Assembly: GCA_030390025.1 (NCBI GenBank)
Contig: CM059431.1
Span: 124,374,001-124,438,000 of the forward strand
Direction of reading: 5' to 3'
DNA: 64,000 bases
DNA from: Squalus acanthias
Lineage: Eukaryota
In this document: in pieces, positions 63,015 to 64,000 of the stretch
How the letters are laid out: each line of letters begins with the position of its first letter
Numbering within the stretch: position 1 is the stretch's first letter
Made by a program: the position numbers and the translations under genes
The notes under the pieces: generated by a model
The model's input: only the letters and a program-made list of their open reading frames with translations
What the model was told of the DNA's origin: nothing
The model's database searches: none

Positions 63015-64000
63015 TACTATTTATGTCTATTTCAATAATTTTATGATGTTTTAAGTAAGCTTACAGAATATTATTCTTTATATGATTATCTCATTGAACT
63101 ATATCTCATGCAGACATAGGCTTATTATATTCATTGAGTATTGCCTTCTGATGGTACAAAAATCAAGATTTGATGTATTTCAATATTTAATATTTAAAAT
63201 TTAAAATAGACGCATTGTACACAGGAAATCAAGAACGAGTGTAGTCTTCAGTTGAAGCGGGTTTAGAGGGGAATGTTAATTGGACCAGGGTACAAAAAAA
63301 TAATTCTGTTCCCATTTTCAGGTCAAAACATTCTGTCCTTATTTTTAAATAATACTTTGATTTTATATTATTACTTATAGTTTAATAGCAAAACATAAAA
63401 ACATTTCGGGGCAGACAAGTAGAGTTGGTTGGACTATAAGAGTTTCTCTGCAGTGCAGGCTGAGGAGTTGGGTACAAAACTAAGACTCCTGTGCCACCTT
63501 TGGTAGGAGGGCATACTTACAGCATGACAAGTTTACAAGAGACATACTATAAATGTGGACATAGGAATTTATAACAACAATTAAAAGTTGACTCAGATGT
63601 GTGACAAAAATGTGGCAACAGAAAATAAAATTTTGTACACAGCAAGTGCATCCAGGTGCAAGATTCTTTACACACAAACCTTTACAGAATACATTATTTT
63701 TGGCTTCAAATGCTGAATCACCGTACACTTCAAAATGGTGGAAATGCACCAAAAAGGATGTCAAAATCAAAATTTCCAAGGCAGTTGAGAAGTTCATTCA
63801 GCCCGCCCCCCACCCCAGACCTCACTTCCCCCTTCAAAGACATCTAATTCCACCACCGCAAAAATTTCACTTATGTACTCTTCAGTTTTTCCCTCTAAAA
63901 CAATCGATGGAACATTGGGGCTGATTTTCATCTAGGAAAATCAGCATTAGCGGTGCAGTAACAGCCCAGAAATGGGGTCGGTAGCTTTATGATTAACCCC

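Noticed and set aside
55400..63900. Host gene exons in the less repetitive 3' region
   Set aside because: No ORF with a recognisable domain and no convincing acceptor-exon-donor unit. Small exons could be missed without transcript data.

Overview
Eukaryotic, repeat-dominated window with no recognisable host protein-coding exon. The repeat mix (HE1-like V-SINE with a CR1/HER1-type tail, DeuSINE/SacSINE1-like SINEs, abundant CR1 LINEs) points to a cartilaginous fish genome; this is inference. Contents: (i) at least nine decayed copies of two-gene PIF/Harbinger DNA transposons from two or more families, with a 3-exon Myb/SANT gene converging on an intronless HARBI1-like DDE transposase, plus several Harbinger-type MITEs, many with readable TIRs and 3-bp TSDs; (ii) several CR1 LINEs, one nearly intact, and two L2 LINE 3' fragments; (iii) a 1654-bp solo LTR with a 4-bp TSD; (iv) a Penelope-like element with inverted termini, a 14-bp TSD and minimal hammerhead-ribozyme motifs; (v) SINEs. 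The most notable points are a four-level nested insertion at about 8.8-16.4 kb, a conserved C-terminal coiled-coil/AT-hook/RRSxR module in the Harbinger partner protein, and the hammerhead-bearing Penelope element. All alignments were made by eye; boundaries without a TSD are approximate.
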